Below, piece after piece: positions 1 to 13,215 of a stretch of DNA of 64,000 nt (its first letter is position 1; the number at the start of each line of letters is the position of its first letter). Under the pieces are notes generated by a model, which searched no databases, had not been told where the DNA came from, and worked only from the letters and a program-made list of their open reading frames with translations. Source of the stretch: Podarcis pityusensis (taxonomy: Eukaryota); NCBI GenBank assembly GCA_964106645.2, contig OZ067039.1, one strand, 5' to 3'. The position numbers were made by a program, and so were the translations under genes.

Positions 1-237
1 GATTAGCCATCAGTTCAACGCCTAATGTGAGAAGGGGCATGTATAAACAACACTAGCTTGAGTTAACATGAGGGGAATGTTGAAAAAGTTGCATTCTCGC
101 ACCTTCACAGAGAGTTGGAGAGTCGCTGTAGTTTCCACGCCCACCTGAAATGTCCTTTTCACAGAAACAAATTCACACCTTCCCCCCCTCTCCTAAAGAT
201 TTATTAAGACGAAGGGGAAGTTCTGAGAGAGATGGTT

Positions 238-252
238 GCTGCCATCTAGTGA
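238..252 (-). promoter_or_regulatory. CTCF-like motif
   Basis: Minus strand TCACTAGATGGCAGC versus consensus CCACYAGRKGGCRGY. Confidence 0.5.
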
Positions 253-1178
253 CCAAGTCAAGCAATACAGAGACACTGCATTAATCTAATAGGGGCACAC
301 AAGCTGTTAACTAGCAGAGCAAACGGGTTGGTTTCGTGTCATTAAAAAAAAAAAAAAACTCCAGTGACTTTTAGGGACATTTTAAACGGAGCTGGCACAT
401 TGCCAGAAATCTCTGGGGTTGCTTTTTCTTCACATGACCATTAACTTTCCCTTTCTTTTTCTTTCTTTCTTTTTTGATACTGTTCATTTATGAGGTCAAA
501 ACCAGCACTTAAAAGTCTAAGACTCAGCATCCATTCTATGCAGCCACCAGCCTTTCCTGCAGTTCTAATATTTCATAATTATCACTGGGGCAATTCGGAG
601 TCAAAAGAACAATGGAATGGAAGGAACACTCAGCCAAGCTGTGCAGCCGAGGGAGTCTCCTTATTCACTCAATATTCCCCCAATCCTCGATTTTCCCACA
701 CTGCAGTAATTTAGTTGTTTATTTAGAAGGACACAAAACACATCAATTGTACGGGGCTGGTTTAATGGTTCTGAATGGTGGAAAACGGAATGCAGGCATG
801 AAGACCCCCACTCCCACCCCACTGCCTGAGCTCCCAATCCTCTCTGAGCTCACCTCCTGTGCTTTAAACAGATGCGTAAGGAGCAGGAACCCAGGAGGTG
901 AAACAGATCTATCACCTAACTTTCCGTATTAAGAAAAGATCCAGTTGCCGGGAATCCTTGACTATGACCAAAATTGCAGCCGTTAGAAGCAGTGCACCCT
1001 GGAATTAATGTGCATTGGATATTTTTTCTTCCCTTTGTCCAACCAGACTACAGTTGCCCTCTCCACCTTTGCATCGGGGCAACAAGTCAAGAGAGGTGGG
1101 GCGTGTAGAGGAGTTTTACTTGTTTGGTTAAAAAAAATAAAAATGGAAAAGATTTATTTACAAGCCTTCAGCAATGCT

Positions 1179-1363
1179 GAAGGTAAATGGCGTTCCCCTG
1201 CACTGCTCTGGTTCGCCAGAAGCGGCTTAGTCATGCTGGCCACATGATCCGGAAGCTGTCTGCAGACAAACACCGGCTCCCTCGGCCTATAGAGCGAGAT
1301 GAGCGCCACAATCCCAGAGTCGTCCGCGACTGGACCTAACGGTCAGGGGTACCTTTACCTTTT
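1179..1363 (+). mobile_element. Sauria SINE, 5'-truncated
   Basis: 3' half of the family, ending in ACCTTTACCTTT. Confidence 0.85.
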
Positions 1364-1393
1364 ATGACTACCTTATTGTGGGACTAAAACTAA

Positions 1394-1818
1394 GGGCTTA
1401 TTTACATTTACGCTTTGCCCTGCTCTTTCCAGGCTTAAAAACTCTGTGTATGACCATTGTTGAGGTTTTTTTGCCCCGGAGTTTTCCCCAGAGCGAAAAT
1501 CTGCTCTTTAGTGCTTAGTTGGACCGTGCCTGGAAAGAGCAGTGTGTTATGTACTGAAGTTCTCACCCTGGGCCAGCGGGGGATACTGTAGATAGTTATG
1601 CAAATGAAGGATCGAAAGTGACATTCAGTGATTGGATAGTTTTAGAAAGTTGCTACAGTAACATTGTACTGGAGCTCTATATAAGCAGGCTGACTGAGCC
1701 CTTCAGTTCAGTTCTGTTGTGGCCTCTGAATAAAGAAGAGCTGTTTGAAGAATCGCTGTGTCGTCTGATATGTTCACCCACAACTTAACACAGAGGAAAG
1801 GTAAATGTGGACAAGCCC
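1394..1818. mobile_element. PIF/Harbinger-like MITE interrupted by the solo LTR
   Basis: Imperfect TIRs GGGCTTATTTACATTTAC / GTAAATGTGGACAAGCCC, inner inverted arm CTGCTCTTTCCAGGC / GCCTGGAAAGAGCAG, TAA on the left flank. Confidence 0.6.
1545..1790 (+). mobile_element. Solo LTR (246 bp)
   Basis: TGTTA...TAACA termini, CAGTG/CAGAG 5-bp TSD with 1 mismatch, TATATAA 1678-1684, AATAAA 1729-1734. Confidence 0.8.
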
Positions 1819-1959
1819 AAATATTTTTTGATTTTCAGAACAAATGCTCACAGTTGGCATCCATGGGTGCAGAAGGCTTCCAGATTATATGACATTTGTT
1901 TATATCCTATACCAAGGCCTGCTCTGTATTTTTTTTGGGGGGGTGTTAAATAAACATAT

Positions 1960-1964
<5 letters not shown>

Positions 1965-2006
<42 letters not shown>
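1965..2006 (+). repeat. (CA)21 microsatellite
   Basis: Direct reading. Confidence 0.95.
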
Positions 2007-2008
<2 letters not shown>

Positions 2009-3321
2009 TGTAGATCTATCCTGCCAAGGGCATTATATTTAAGACACATAACCTTTCTAGTCCCCATTCCTTCTAAGTGGGGATGTGATATCTTCACCCT
2101 CATTTTAGATCCGTAAAGCTGAGCAATGCTTTGCAATATCCTGTCTGCTGGGGATAGCCTGTGCAATTTCTGTATTAATTTACACCTCCTTTTGCGTAAC
2201 TTTCCCAGACACTTCAGGCTCCTTTCCTGTGTACCTGCAACATGACCCAAGGGTACATTTTCGCTGTGTCAGGCAAGCCGTCACATAAAAGCACCTGGGC
2301 CCTGACGGACCATAAATATAGAAAACACTGCCTTTATCCCTCATTTGTGACCATTGAGAGAAGCCACACACCGCTTCTATACTTGAGAAGAAGACCCTCC
2401 CTGTGTTAGTAGTGGACAATTATAACTAGACTTCCATAGGTTACTTAGATGTCGAACTTTACTTCTTTTGTTATCTCTTATTTTTATTCTTAATAAAAGC
2501 TGCTAAAGTAAAAACCTAGCTTTGGCACTTTATTTGCCACCCTTCCTGGCCACTAACTGGCTCATAGCGCTGGGGTTATTCCCCTGATTAGAGTTGGATC
2601 AGCTTTTTGGAAAATGTTACAGGCACAACAGGCCTACCTCGCAATGCAGTCTTAGCATGAAAGGGTGTTGCACGCAGACAACCAGGATCTCTGGGCAGCA
2701 GCTGACATGTTCAGAAACCGAACTAAACAGACTAGAGGGAAATCTGAATAGTTTAGATTAGAGGGAACGAAATAGATTAAAGAGAAAATTATATTGGTAC
2801 AAAGAGGGTTGGGGAAGAAAAGGGCCTATGCCAGTCTACCTGAGGCAGTCCAATCTGATCACACGCCTAGTAAACTGTGACTGTTTAGGTTTTCTCTCCT
2901 AATCTAATCTGGTGGGCAGAGCGTTGCACTTGCAAGACTGAGGCTCAAATTTAATTATGGCTTTTTGTAATCCGGCACTATTCAGTCACAATTCCTCCCC
3001 GTTGGTATACTGGGAATAATACTTGTCTGGACCTATGTTATTGTTGTGAGGATGAAATATGGGCTTGTGAGCCCTATATTTAAATGCTACCTCTGTTTTC
3101 ATGAAAGTAGTTCATGTGCTTGGCTGTGAATCTACTTGCTTTTTTTTTTTTTTTAATTACCACCACCTAACAGAGCAGTTGAAGAAGGTATAAATTAATT
3201 TCCAGCTTTCCTGGGTCACACACATTGCCACAAAACAGAGATAGTGGACGGAGATTTAGAAGCCACATTTCTCCAAAGCATGGCTTGAACCACCAAGTCT
3301 GTTGCATCTAGCTTAGGGCTT

Positions 3322-3486
3322 CCCTTTTTCCGTGTATAAGACTAGGTTTTTTAACCAAAAAGTTAGGTTTAAAATTGGGGCTCGTCTTATACACAGGTAG
3401 CTCTGAGGAGTGTTTTCTTAATTTGGAGTCCCCAAAAATAGGGGGGCGTCTTATACATGGGGGCATCTTATACACGGAAAAATAGG
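3322..3486. mobile_element. pogo/Tigger-type MITE (damaged ends)
   Basis: TTTTTCCGTGTATAAGA / TCTTATACACGGAAAAA inverted repeat. Confidence 0.7.
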
Positions 3487-3529
3487 CAAATGCAGCAGTC
3501 TTAATTTGGACAATCTATTCTGAGTAGTA

Positions 3530-3755
3530 CAGTGGTACCTCGGGTTACATACACTCCAGGTTACAGACTCCGCTAACCCAGAAATATTACCTCAGGTTAA
3601 GAACTTTACCTCAGGATGAGAACAGAAATCATGCAGCGGTGGCGCAGCGGCAGCAGGAGGCCCCATTAGCTAAAGTGGTGCTTTAGGTTAAGAACAGTTT
3701 CAGGTTAAGAACAGACCTCTGGAACGAATTAAGTTCTTAACCCGAGGTACCACTG
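3530..3755. mobile_element. Tc1/mariner-pogo-type MITE
   Basis: TIR CAGTGGTACCTCGGGTTA, TA TSDs. Confidence 0.88.
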
Positions 3756-3829
3756 TATTCTTAGGCACAGATTCAGAAGAAGAGGAAAAAAAAACACTGT
3801 CAGAAGAATAGGGTGAGCCACAAAAACAT

Positions 3830-4380
3830 ACATCTCGGGTATCCAAGCCCAAAGCAGGGTGATGTGTCTTCCCCATATGATGGAAAGTGAAAAATGAAGT
3901 TGCTGTAAGCACCTTTGTGGGAAGGGGATTGCACAGTTTTGGGGATTGCACAGAAAAGGCCCTGTCCCAGGCTGCCACCCTCCCCTAAAAAAAACCATCT
4001 GAGTGGGGGGGGGGTGGAACTACCAAGAGGACCCCCTCTGCTGATCCTAACACCTAAAAGGCTCTGTAGGGAAGGAAGCAGTCTTTCAGATATTTGGGGC
4101 CTAAGTTGTTTAGGGCTTTAAAAACTAATGTGAGCATTTTGGATTAGGCTCATAAATAAACTGGCAACCAGGGCAGAGGTTGCATATATTCTAAATGGAA
4201 GGTGACCCAGTAATCTGGCTGCTGCATTTGGTGGTGGTGGGGGCATTCCATTCATATTCCCCACACAGAGTGCATGACAGTAATCCATCCTGGATGTTCC
4301 CAGAGCACAGAGGTTAGGGGTATCGCAGTGGCCAAGTCAGATTTATCCAAAAAGGGAGCATAGCAACAGCAAGGCACTTT
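3830..4380 (-). mobile_element. L2 LINE 3' fragment (approximate limits)
   Basis: DRAFSVQSPKLCNPLP resembles the L2 ORF2 C-terminal RAFS..AP.LWN.LP motif. Confidence 0.65.
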
Positions 4381-5781
4381 TTCATGTATTGCTAGCTTTG
4401 CCCGCTAGAAGCCATTTCTGTCTTGTCTTTGTTCTGTAGTCACCATGGTTTTCAAGCTCAAGGAACATCTTGTGGTTTGTTTTTTTACCTGCTTCTAGAT
4501 TTTGCATGCATTTTTTTTTTTTTTAAAAAAGCTACTCAGACCAGTTATGCAAACTAGACTAATGCACATAATTCGGCATGAACTGTCACAAAGGCTCAAC
4601 TATTATAGCTGCGGAAAAAATCCATCCTGTCATCATATGCTATGGTCGGTTCTGTTCATTTCCATGGTGATGCCAACAAGCACATTATTTAAAATGTGTT
4701 GCAGCGGCACTAGTGTTATCTTGTTCTTGAGGTCTCCACAGAGGCTTCAACCAAACGATGAGAATTTGATTACTGTATTCCTCTTATAAATCTCAGCAGG
4801 ATCAGTTCATCCTACCTTACACTTGACATGCCACAGAAAGCAGATGGACGAAACTATAACTGGAGGGGAGGTTAGTGGGCCACGTGAAGCTTATGTATCA
4901 TTGGTGAATTTGTCTCTCACACATGTGGACAGGATAGCTCAGAGACAGCCTCCCACTCTGTACAGATCCACTGCTGATGCTGATGATACCCAGAATGCCC
5001 TTTAACAAAAGTTTATTCTTTCTTGCAGCTGTCACTATTAATCTCCAACATCATCTTCTGATGGCAAAGGAGGCATTTATTATTTAGAAAGTCAGACAAA
5101 GGTCCTTCCATGTACTCATGTTCTGAACTCCCAGAGATTGGTAGGGTACGCAGAAGGTTAAAGCAAGAGACTGTTTCTCTGAGGCCATGATAAGCAAGAA
5201 GTGGCCTCTGAAAGCAGAGCTGGCTTTAGACATTTTCATACCAGAAGCAACATCAAAACACATGTTTTGTTCACCAATGACAGTCCCTATTTCCCAGCAC
5301 CTTCCCTTGATAAATCACTTTTGTTATTTTGGCCTTTTTTCCCTTTGGAAATGCCTTACGAAAATTAGTGTTTTGGTGGTTTTCTTCAGAATGCAAATCT
5401 CGGGAACAGGGAAACAGATTATCATATTGTGTGTCAATGCAGGCACATGAACACAAAGGCACCACGCTGTGCAAGGCCTCCCAATTTGCACATTGCAGCT
5501 GCTGAGCTGTATTTTGGAACTTGTGACAATCTTATTGGGAGTACAATAGATTTTTAACCAAACAAATATCCTCTTCCCATCAGAGACAGGCGTTTCCAGA
5601 TTTTACGACAGCAAACCAAAACCTTCAGCTATGTGTAGTTAGTCAGGGATGGAGGAGACCAGGGCAGTAAAACTTGGGTCAGAGAATATGAGTATTTGCT
5701 GCTCCTATTTCCCTCTGTGAAATGGTGGAGGATTTGAAAACAGTATTCTTTCTCTCTGTTTTAAAAATCCAGTGACATGGA

Positions 5782-6100
5782 GTAAAGGTAAAGGGACCCC
5801 TGACCATTAGGTCCAGTCGTTGCCGACTCTGGGGTTGTGGCGCTCATCTTGCTTTAATGGCCGAGGGAGCCGGCGTACAGCTTCCAGGTCATGTGGCCAG
5901 CATGACTAAGCTGCTTCTGGGGAACCAGAGCAGCGCACGGAAACACCGTTTACCTTCCCGCTGGAGCGGTACCTATTTATCTACTTGCACTTTGATGTGC
6001 TTTCGAACTGCTAGGTTGGCAGGAGCAGGGATCGAGCAACGGGAGCTCACCCCGTCGCAGGGATTCGAACCGCCGGCCTTCTGATCGGCAAGTCCTAGGC
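5782..6100 (-). mobile_element. Sauria SINE, nearly full length
   Basis: B-box GGTTCGAATCC and (ACCTTT)n tail on the minus strand. Confidence 0.9.
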
Positions 6101-6797
6101 AGTTGGAGGCAAAAAATGACACTCTGACATATTGCCAAATCTGCTTAGATTTCCACCCCCTCCGCTTAAAAGTTTCCCAAAGTCCAAGTCTGAACATATT
6201 TTGTGAGCACTGTTAAGACCTGTTTAGACTGGCTTTTGGAGATCTGGCAGAGTTTATTTTAGTGTTGTAATTTTATTAGGTTTCATTGCATTTTAATAGG
6301 TGTGGGTATGTGCGTGTTTCTGTCTGAAGCCTTTAGGGTGAGCTGTAAATTTGAATCAATACATGGAATGAGCTTCTAATACAGGCAAGCGAACTCTTTC
6401 TTCAACCTAGTTTTCCATTAGGCATGGTTTAAGGGGGACCACAGTGGAATGTTGCAGAGAGGTTTCCTGATGGCTTTGGTGAAATGCAGCAAATAATATA
6501 AGGGAAAAGAATTAGAAAATAGATATAAGTATCACTTCCTTAGAGACTTCCAAACCTACACTCCCCACACCTTGTATATTAAATTGATTTATAGGCCAGT
6601 ACATGCAGAACCTCACATTGTTCTCCGGGGATCCCTTAGGAAGATGGGAATAGCTTATGCAATTTGCATAATTGGTTGGTTGGATAGGGCTTTTGTTTTT
6701 AAAAGTCATGCTCTTTAACTAAGGATAACCAATTTGGGATATTTGGACAGCAAAAGAATTAAGTGCAAAGGATGCTGAGTTATATTGCGCACAAGTA

Positions 6798-7054
6798 CTG
6801 TATTTTTCGCTCTATGACGCACCAGACCACAAGACGCACCTAGTTTTTGGAGGAGGAAAACAAGAAAAAAAATATTCTGAATCTCAGAAGCCAGAACAGC
6901 AAGAGGGATCGCTGCGCAGTGAAAGCAGCAATCCCTCTTGCTGTTCTGGCTTCTGGGATAGCTGCGCAGCCTGCATTCGCTCCATAAGACGCACACACAT
7001 TTCCCCTTACTTTTTAGGAGGGGAAAAGTGAGTCTTATAGAGCAAAAAATACGG
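6798..7054. mobile_element. pogo/Tigger-type MITE, short form
   Basis: TIR C(C/T)GTATTTTT(C/T)GCTCTAT, TA TSDs. Confidence 0.85.
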
Positions 7055-8789
7055 TAAGTGCTCAAGTATGAAGCCATTTCCCCCCCTGCTAATACTCCTT
7101 TCCTTTCGCAGTCTGGTAACTGAAACTGTCTCTGAAAACAAGGGTGCAATGTGTCCTCTGGATTGTTATCAAGTGAGCTGGACTTCTTGAGCCTAACCAA
7201 TGAAGCAAGCTGGTCTTCCCTTTACTGATGGGGTCAATATCTGAAAGGCTCTCAGTGTACTTCCATACAGGTCTACTCAAAAGCAAGTCCCAGTGAGTTC
7301 AATGTAACTTAACAGCTAGAAAACTGAGCAGAGTCTCAAATTATGCACCCCTTGCTTAACAAATCATGTTATAGGAAAATTACCTCTCCAGTCACCGAGA
7401 GAGTTCTGTTGGGAGAAATTGTTCCTCGCATCTCTGGCTGTTCTCCTATGGAGTGCTGAAGAATCCTGTCATTTCCCTTTCTCCCTAACACCTTCGTGAA
7501 GCTCCCAAGATCATCCAAAGAACAGGGTTGAAGTGTCATCAACATGCTGACAACACCCAGGCTTCTTTTATATCAGATTCAAGTGCTGCTTCTTTCCTGG
7601 CGACTGTGGCTGCGTGGGGCAGAGTGGAACAACCTTAGGTGGAAGCCAGACAACACAGAGGTAACACTGGTCAGAAATCCACATTAGCTGGAGGAGACCC
7701 ATCTGTCTTTACCATATCCTGGAAAGACCCTCAATTCCCAGATGGAAACTGTGGCCGGAACTAAACATTTCCCCAAGTAAAAAAGATTATCATTGGAGAA
7801 CAAGGTTTTTGGAACCCATTGCCCATGCTTTTGTCAACATCCAGGTTTAAAACTGAGGAACTTTGAAAGAAACCACTGCTGACACAACGCAGCAGCCTAT
7901 TTGAAGGATATGCAATAACTTATCATTTGCTTCTGGGTACCATTTTTAAGATCATCAACAGCCCAAGCCTCGTCTTGTATGTACATTCTAGAAGAATGGA
8001 CAAAGATTAAGAGACACATCTGCAATTCCTGCTCACTTTTGCTCTGGCGCCACTTACTTTTCTATCTGGCCACATCCACTGAATGAATGTGAGCCCTAAC
8101 AGTTTTCAGATGATATAACATGGGCCTTGGTTTGGGGGGCGGGGGGGGGGAGAAATCCTCATCCCTGCATTAGGGAGAGTATGCTGCTCCATTGCTGTGC
8201 CCTGGAGAGGCGCTGATCCAAGTTTTAACTTAGGATGTATTAACTAGCAAAATGGCACCCATGTTTCCTTACATGGGGGATGTTACCCATTCACTCCCAT
8301 CCCTGCATTCAGAAGCAAGTCAAAATGTCTTTGTTGACCCAAGTTTTCCAGTTTTCATAGGCATTCAGACTTCTTCAGTTGGATCATTTATTGGTTAGAC
8401 TACTCTTGTTAATTTGTTAAAGCTTTGCCATAGTTTGAGTGGAAGCTACTCTGGTTTTACACAGAAGGGTGGGTTATAAAATCTACATTCCAGTCAATAC
8501 ATTTCTTGCCCTGTGACTGGCTAATTTAGGGATGTGGCCTAGTTTATTTTGTCTTGACACAGAACCCCCCTTTCCTGCCTTTAAGAGTATAGACTATAAG
8601 CAGCAATAAAATAAAATATACCAAACTTCTGCAAGATTCCTTTCAGTATCTGTGAGAAGGAACTTGCATGGTGTGGTAGTACTGGAAGCTGCAGTATAGA
8701 ATGATCTTTCCCTCATCAGCTGCCTTGGTGTACCCCAGAGTCTGTACTTGCTCTACTTTTACGGTGTTTGTAAACTCTAGCACTCAATA

Positions 8790-9022
8790 CAGTGGTGCCC
8801 CGCAAGACGAATGCCTCGCAAGACGAAAAACTCGCTAGACGAAAGGGTTTTGCGTTTTTTTGAGTTGTTCCGCAAGACGAATTTCCCTTGCGAGTTCTTG
8901 CGAGTTTGTTTCCTTTTTCTTAAAGCCGCTAAGCCGCTAATAGCCGTGCTTCGCAAGACGAAAAAACCGCAAGACGAAGAGACTCGCGGAACGGATTAAT
9001 TTCGTCTTGCGAGGCACCACTG
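8790..9022. mobile_element. Tc1/mariner-pogo-type MITE
   Basis: TIR CAGTGGTGCC(C/T)CGCAAGACGAA, TA TSDs, repeated internal CGCAAGACGA. Confidence 0.88.
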
Positions 9023-10587
9023 TACAACGTACCAGGGACAGGTAAGGTTGAAAAATGGAAGGAATCTCTATTGGTCTGAGGGGAAGAACATCTCAGTCAT
9101 CCTTCAATGGAAATTGTAGCTTCTCTAGAAAAGCTAAAGAGATAATGGAACATCAACCAGGGGTGGGAGCCTTGTTGGGAAGCTGTGGCCTTCCAGATGT
9201 TGCTGGATTTCAACTTGAATAGCTACATCAATAGCTACACTGGCAATGCTGTATGAGGCTGTTGGGGGCTGGTAGTCCAATAACACCTCAAGGACCACAA
9301 GTTCTTCACCCCTGGTCCCCACCCGGAATCTAATTGTGGGTTGACTGCTTCAATGCCAAAAAAAACTTCATTTATCTAGAACAGGGGTAGGAAACGTCTA
9401 GCCCTCCAGATGCTATTGAGCTACAGACATCTCATCATCCCTGACCACTGGCCATGCTGTCTGAGGCGGATGGGAGCTGGAGTCTGAGAACAAATAGTGT
9501 CACAGGTTAGCCACTCCTGATCTATAAGACAGGCTAGGAGTTCAGAAAAGCCATTCTGATTTTTGACACCCCCAGAACCGTTGATTTGGCCAATACCTGA
9601 GCAAAATCCTCTCCCTGCTTTCCTTCTCCCAGTAGCCCAGTATTGCACTGGGTTGGCATAGAAACCACATCAGGGCCAGGCATCACACAGCAGCAGTTAC
9701 ATAAGCTCAAGGAAGGAAAGGAGGAAATAAAAATAAAGAAGCAACTCTTCTTAAGGAAGATGCACGGAGGCCACAAGGGATAACTAGCTCAGGAGGCAAG
9801 GTGCCCACTCACACAGAGTTTAAAAGGCAGCAACTCCCTGAAGTCAAGGCAGCGGGAAGAACATCCATATCAAGCTGATATCTAGCAGAAGCACTGTTCC
9901 CTCGTGGACAACTTTTGAGTAATGCTCTGTTTAGAGTCTTGCCACTTGCGTAATGGGTGCTAAACTTTGGTCTCTTCCATTTGAAGAGTTTTATTCCCAG
10001 GAACACCTAAGAAAAAAAGAAAACCCAGTAATTTCTTTTCTTCTCTGTTTTGAGATTGCCATCCCCTGGGGGTGAGGATGCTTCGTGTGGAGCACAACTC
10101 CTTGGGGCAGGGACAGAAAGTTCTGGACCCAGAGGGATAAAAGCACCAGCAGATGGGAGGGACACTCATTGTGGCTTTTCCTCCCCACCAAAAAGGCAGA
10201 CCCACTGCAGAAAAACAAAAACAAAAGACAGGCTGACATTAACACTCTTACCTGTGTCCCTTCTTTCTGTAGCACCAGTTTCAGTCTCCCCAAAGGTTAC
10301 CAACAATGCCATGGAGTAGTCCAGCTGCTCTTTAACAAACTAGCAAGTCAAAACCGCCCCTTGAATACATTCTAGAACAGGAGAGTGCCATTCACAATCC
10401 TCTCCTTAACTTTCTAACCGACAAGGATTCTTTCAGAAAGGCCCTTCCTGCTCCGTAAGAGCAATCCTAGGAAGCCAACATCCTCTATACGTTTCAGGTC
10501 CCAAGGTGGGGTGGCGTGGGGGGAAGTGCATTGGCTGCTGATGGAGGTATGCGACTGGACACCAGAGATTGAAGGCGTCAGAAACAC

Positions 10588-10593
10588 TTTATT
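10588..10593 (-). terminator. CHMP6: Candidate CHMP6 polyadenylation signal AATAAA
   Basis: First canonical AATAAA I found on the minus strand after the stop codon. An ATTAAA at 12954-12959 is a proximal alternative. Confidence 0.45.
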
Positions 10594-13162
10594 GCTGCTA
10601 CCCTGAACTGCTCCTGCTGGCTTTACTGTTTGAGGAGCTGCACAGAGATTCAGCCAAGAGATGGAAATTTTTGACTCACGCGCAGGAAGCGGAGAGTTTG
10701 GAGAGGCTGGGCAGCAGCCCTAATCTTACCCGGCTTTAGCCAAAGATGTCACCGACTGGGGATATTGCAGAGGGAAGCTGTTTAGTTAGCACTGTGGCTA
10801 CTCTCTAAGGCCACTTTACATATCTGCAGTCCTTACTCTCCTATGGAGCTGGCAGGCTCTTTCGCTGGCTTTCTTTCCTGTACTTCTTGGCAGTGAAGAA
10901 GAGGAAGAAAAACACACTCCCGTTAATTTCCCCAGGGCACTGAGCTACCTAGTTAACTGGGCGCAATGGAGCCTACTGGGGATCCCTGTAGGGAAGCTGA
11001 ATGCTTCTACAGTACCCTTAATGCCAATGAGAAAGTCCTGCTTGAGAAGCAGGCCTTGGCATTTGCTCACAAATGTAGTAACAATCAATCAATGACAGCA
11101 GTCCACAGCAACTAAGAGGTTAAAGCCGGAGAATGTTTGTTCTCAGCCACAGTGATGGAACAGGTAAGGGTAGGACTGCCACCTGGTGAACAAAGTGAAT
11201 ACAGCAGTACTGAGACAGAATTGGCAACAGACAAACTAACTTGTAAGAAATCACAGCACACTTCCCATAATTATTTGTCTCCCAGATGTAAAGGCTGGTC
11301 GAATGGTGTTTGAGCACATTATATAGAAAGGATGACTTAAGTGCGAACCATGAACTCAATCTGATCTACTGTTCAGCCTTCCTAATGCTAACAAAGAGTG
11401 CCTAGGTGGGGGAAGGTCTAGGTGTACCTTGAAGGGCCGCTATCAAGCAGCTCCATCTCCCTGTGAATGGTAATGGGCAAGTGCTAGCAGAGGACTTTGA
11501 AGGCGAGTCATTCAGGGTTCTTTGCAGCAGCAAAACAGGCAGGGCCTTAGTCAAAAACCCACTGGGGAAAACCCACTACATTCAAAGAGGCTTGAATCCC
11601 AGGAGCCTGAGGATACAATTCCACTCACTAACAAGGCGGTTTGGGGAAGGGTTCAGAGAGAAAGTGGGGTCAATCAGAGGAAACGTTTATCAGCGCTGAG
11701 CTGTAGACCCCAGACAGTGGCAACCTCTACTACTTCTGTATGTAGAATGAGCCTTCAATATCATTCTCCTCCCACCCACCCCACTGCATCAACCCATCCA
11801 ACCGCTCAGCCATGGTTGGCCCCCATCTCAGCGGGTCCTGCGGGTCGTGCTCAGCACAGACCAGCTGGCTCTCAAAAGGCAGTAAGTCTGGGATACAAGT
11901 TTGGTGGGCTGCAACTGTGAAAGCAGGTCGGACCCAAGTTTCAAGGTTCCTGAAGCCGTGTGATCTGGGGCAAAGTCTTCGACATCCTTTTAAGGACAAG
12001 GAGGCCATCAGAACGAACTGGGATCCAGCCCTTTTCAGCATTCAGGAGGGGGGCAGGGAAGCACATTCAGGTCTTCTATAATTAAGAGGAAAGCAATACT
12101 TAGCCCCACTGGCTTGCCATGTTCCTGACTGCTCCATACAAGAACAGAGGAAAAGCAGACATGGCAGGCAGCCTCCACCTCTGAGAAAAGGCGATGTGCC
12201 TCCTGTCTCAGCCCATTTCACAGCTGTGATAAGCTGGGAAGGGCAAGATTAATCAAGAAGCTGCTTTGCAACTACCAAACCCCTCTCCTGTTGAGAAGTT
12301 TCAGCTGAAACAGTGTTCAGCTCTTCACACCATGGATTTGTTAAGGAAGAAAAGGGAAGGGGGAAACAGGATGCCTGTATAGGATTTCAGGAATTAATCC
12401 TTAGCAAGCACTTTTTATAGATTCCTATCCCTGTAGGAAACAGGCCTTCAGTTTTCTAAGATCAAGGCCAGCAGCCTCGCATCGCTACCTGGTGGTGCAT
12501 AGAACTATTAACTGCATTTGTCTCAGAAGCACACTGGACACGGGGTAATCTTCTTGTATTTCCACTACCACGTCAGCACAAGCAATTGTTGCTACCATTG
12601 GAAGTGACGCTCCCATCTCAGCATCAAGCTAACAAGGTCTAATTCAGGTACAGGCCAAAGTTCCGTAAATTCCATTCTTTCCAAAAAAACAAAGAAAAAA
12701 AGAGAGAGAACCCATTCGAAAAAGCCAGAGAACTGAAGAGAGGCAAGTGAAGAGGAAGGCCAAGAGGGTTCCCAGCAATTCTTCCCGCACGGTAGCAGAA
12801 AGCTCGTAACTTTTCACAGCGCCCACAAGCTCAAAAGGGCACCATGGGGCTTAGGCAGAGTTAGCAAGAGGCTGTGCTGGCGTCTGAGGCAGGTCTGCAG
12901 CTGACATCAGGTCTGTAGAAAGCATTTGGCTTGAAGGGTTTTGAGAGTCACCATTTAATCCAGTTTACGTTACAAAAAAAGGAGTGTGCACACTACAAAA
13001 TAATCTTGATATGGGATATTAACCAGTTTACAGCTTCCATTCTGTGCAGGAAACCTGCTCCAGCGTGGCTGTTCAGAGCCAATGGGACACCACGGAAGCC
13101 TCTTGCACCCTAGGCATTCTGGAAGTCCAGGATAGCCTGCAGGGATCCCCCAGGAAATGGAG

Positions 13163-13215
13163 TTAAGATGCAGCCACCAGTTCTGGCTTTGGTTTGACTC
13201 TGACCGGCGATGTTT
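13163..13215 (-). CDS. CHMP6: CHMP6 exon 8 (last coding part)
   Basis: TTTACAG acceptor, (E)TSPVRVKPKPELVAAS-TAA. The eight exons sum to 603 nt = 200 aa plus stop. Confidence 0.95.

Noticed and set aside
8800-9010. Recurrent CGCAAGACGA units resembling a spaced repeat array
   Set aside because: Irregular spacing inside a TIR/TA-bounded MITE in eukaryotic DNA. Not CRISPR
9813-10371. Exon-like segments with AG/GT boundaries on the minus strand (9813-10006, 10252-10371)
   Set aside because: 10252-10371 has stops in all three frames, the other gives no recognisable protein, and no coherent gene model results
11463-12081. Cluster of 78-132 aa ORFs
   Set aside because: No homology recognised, within the probable CHMP6 3' UTR
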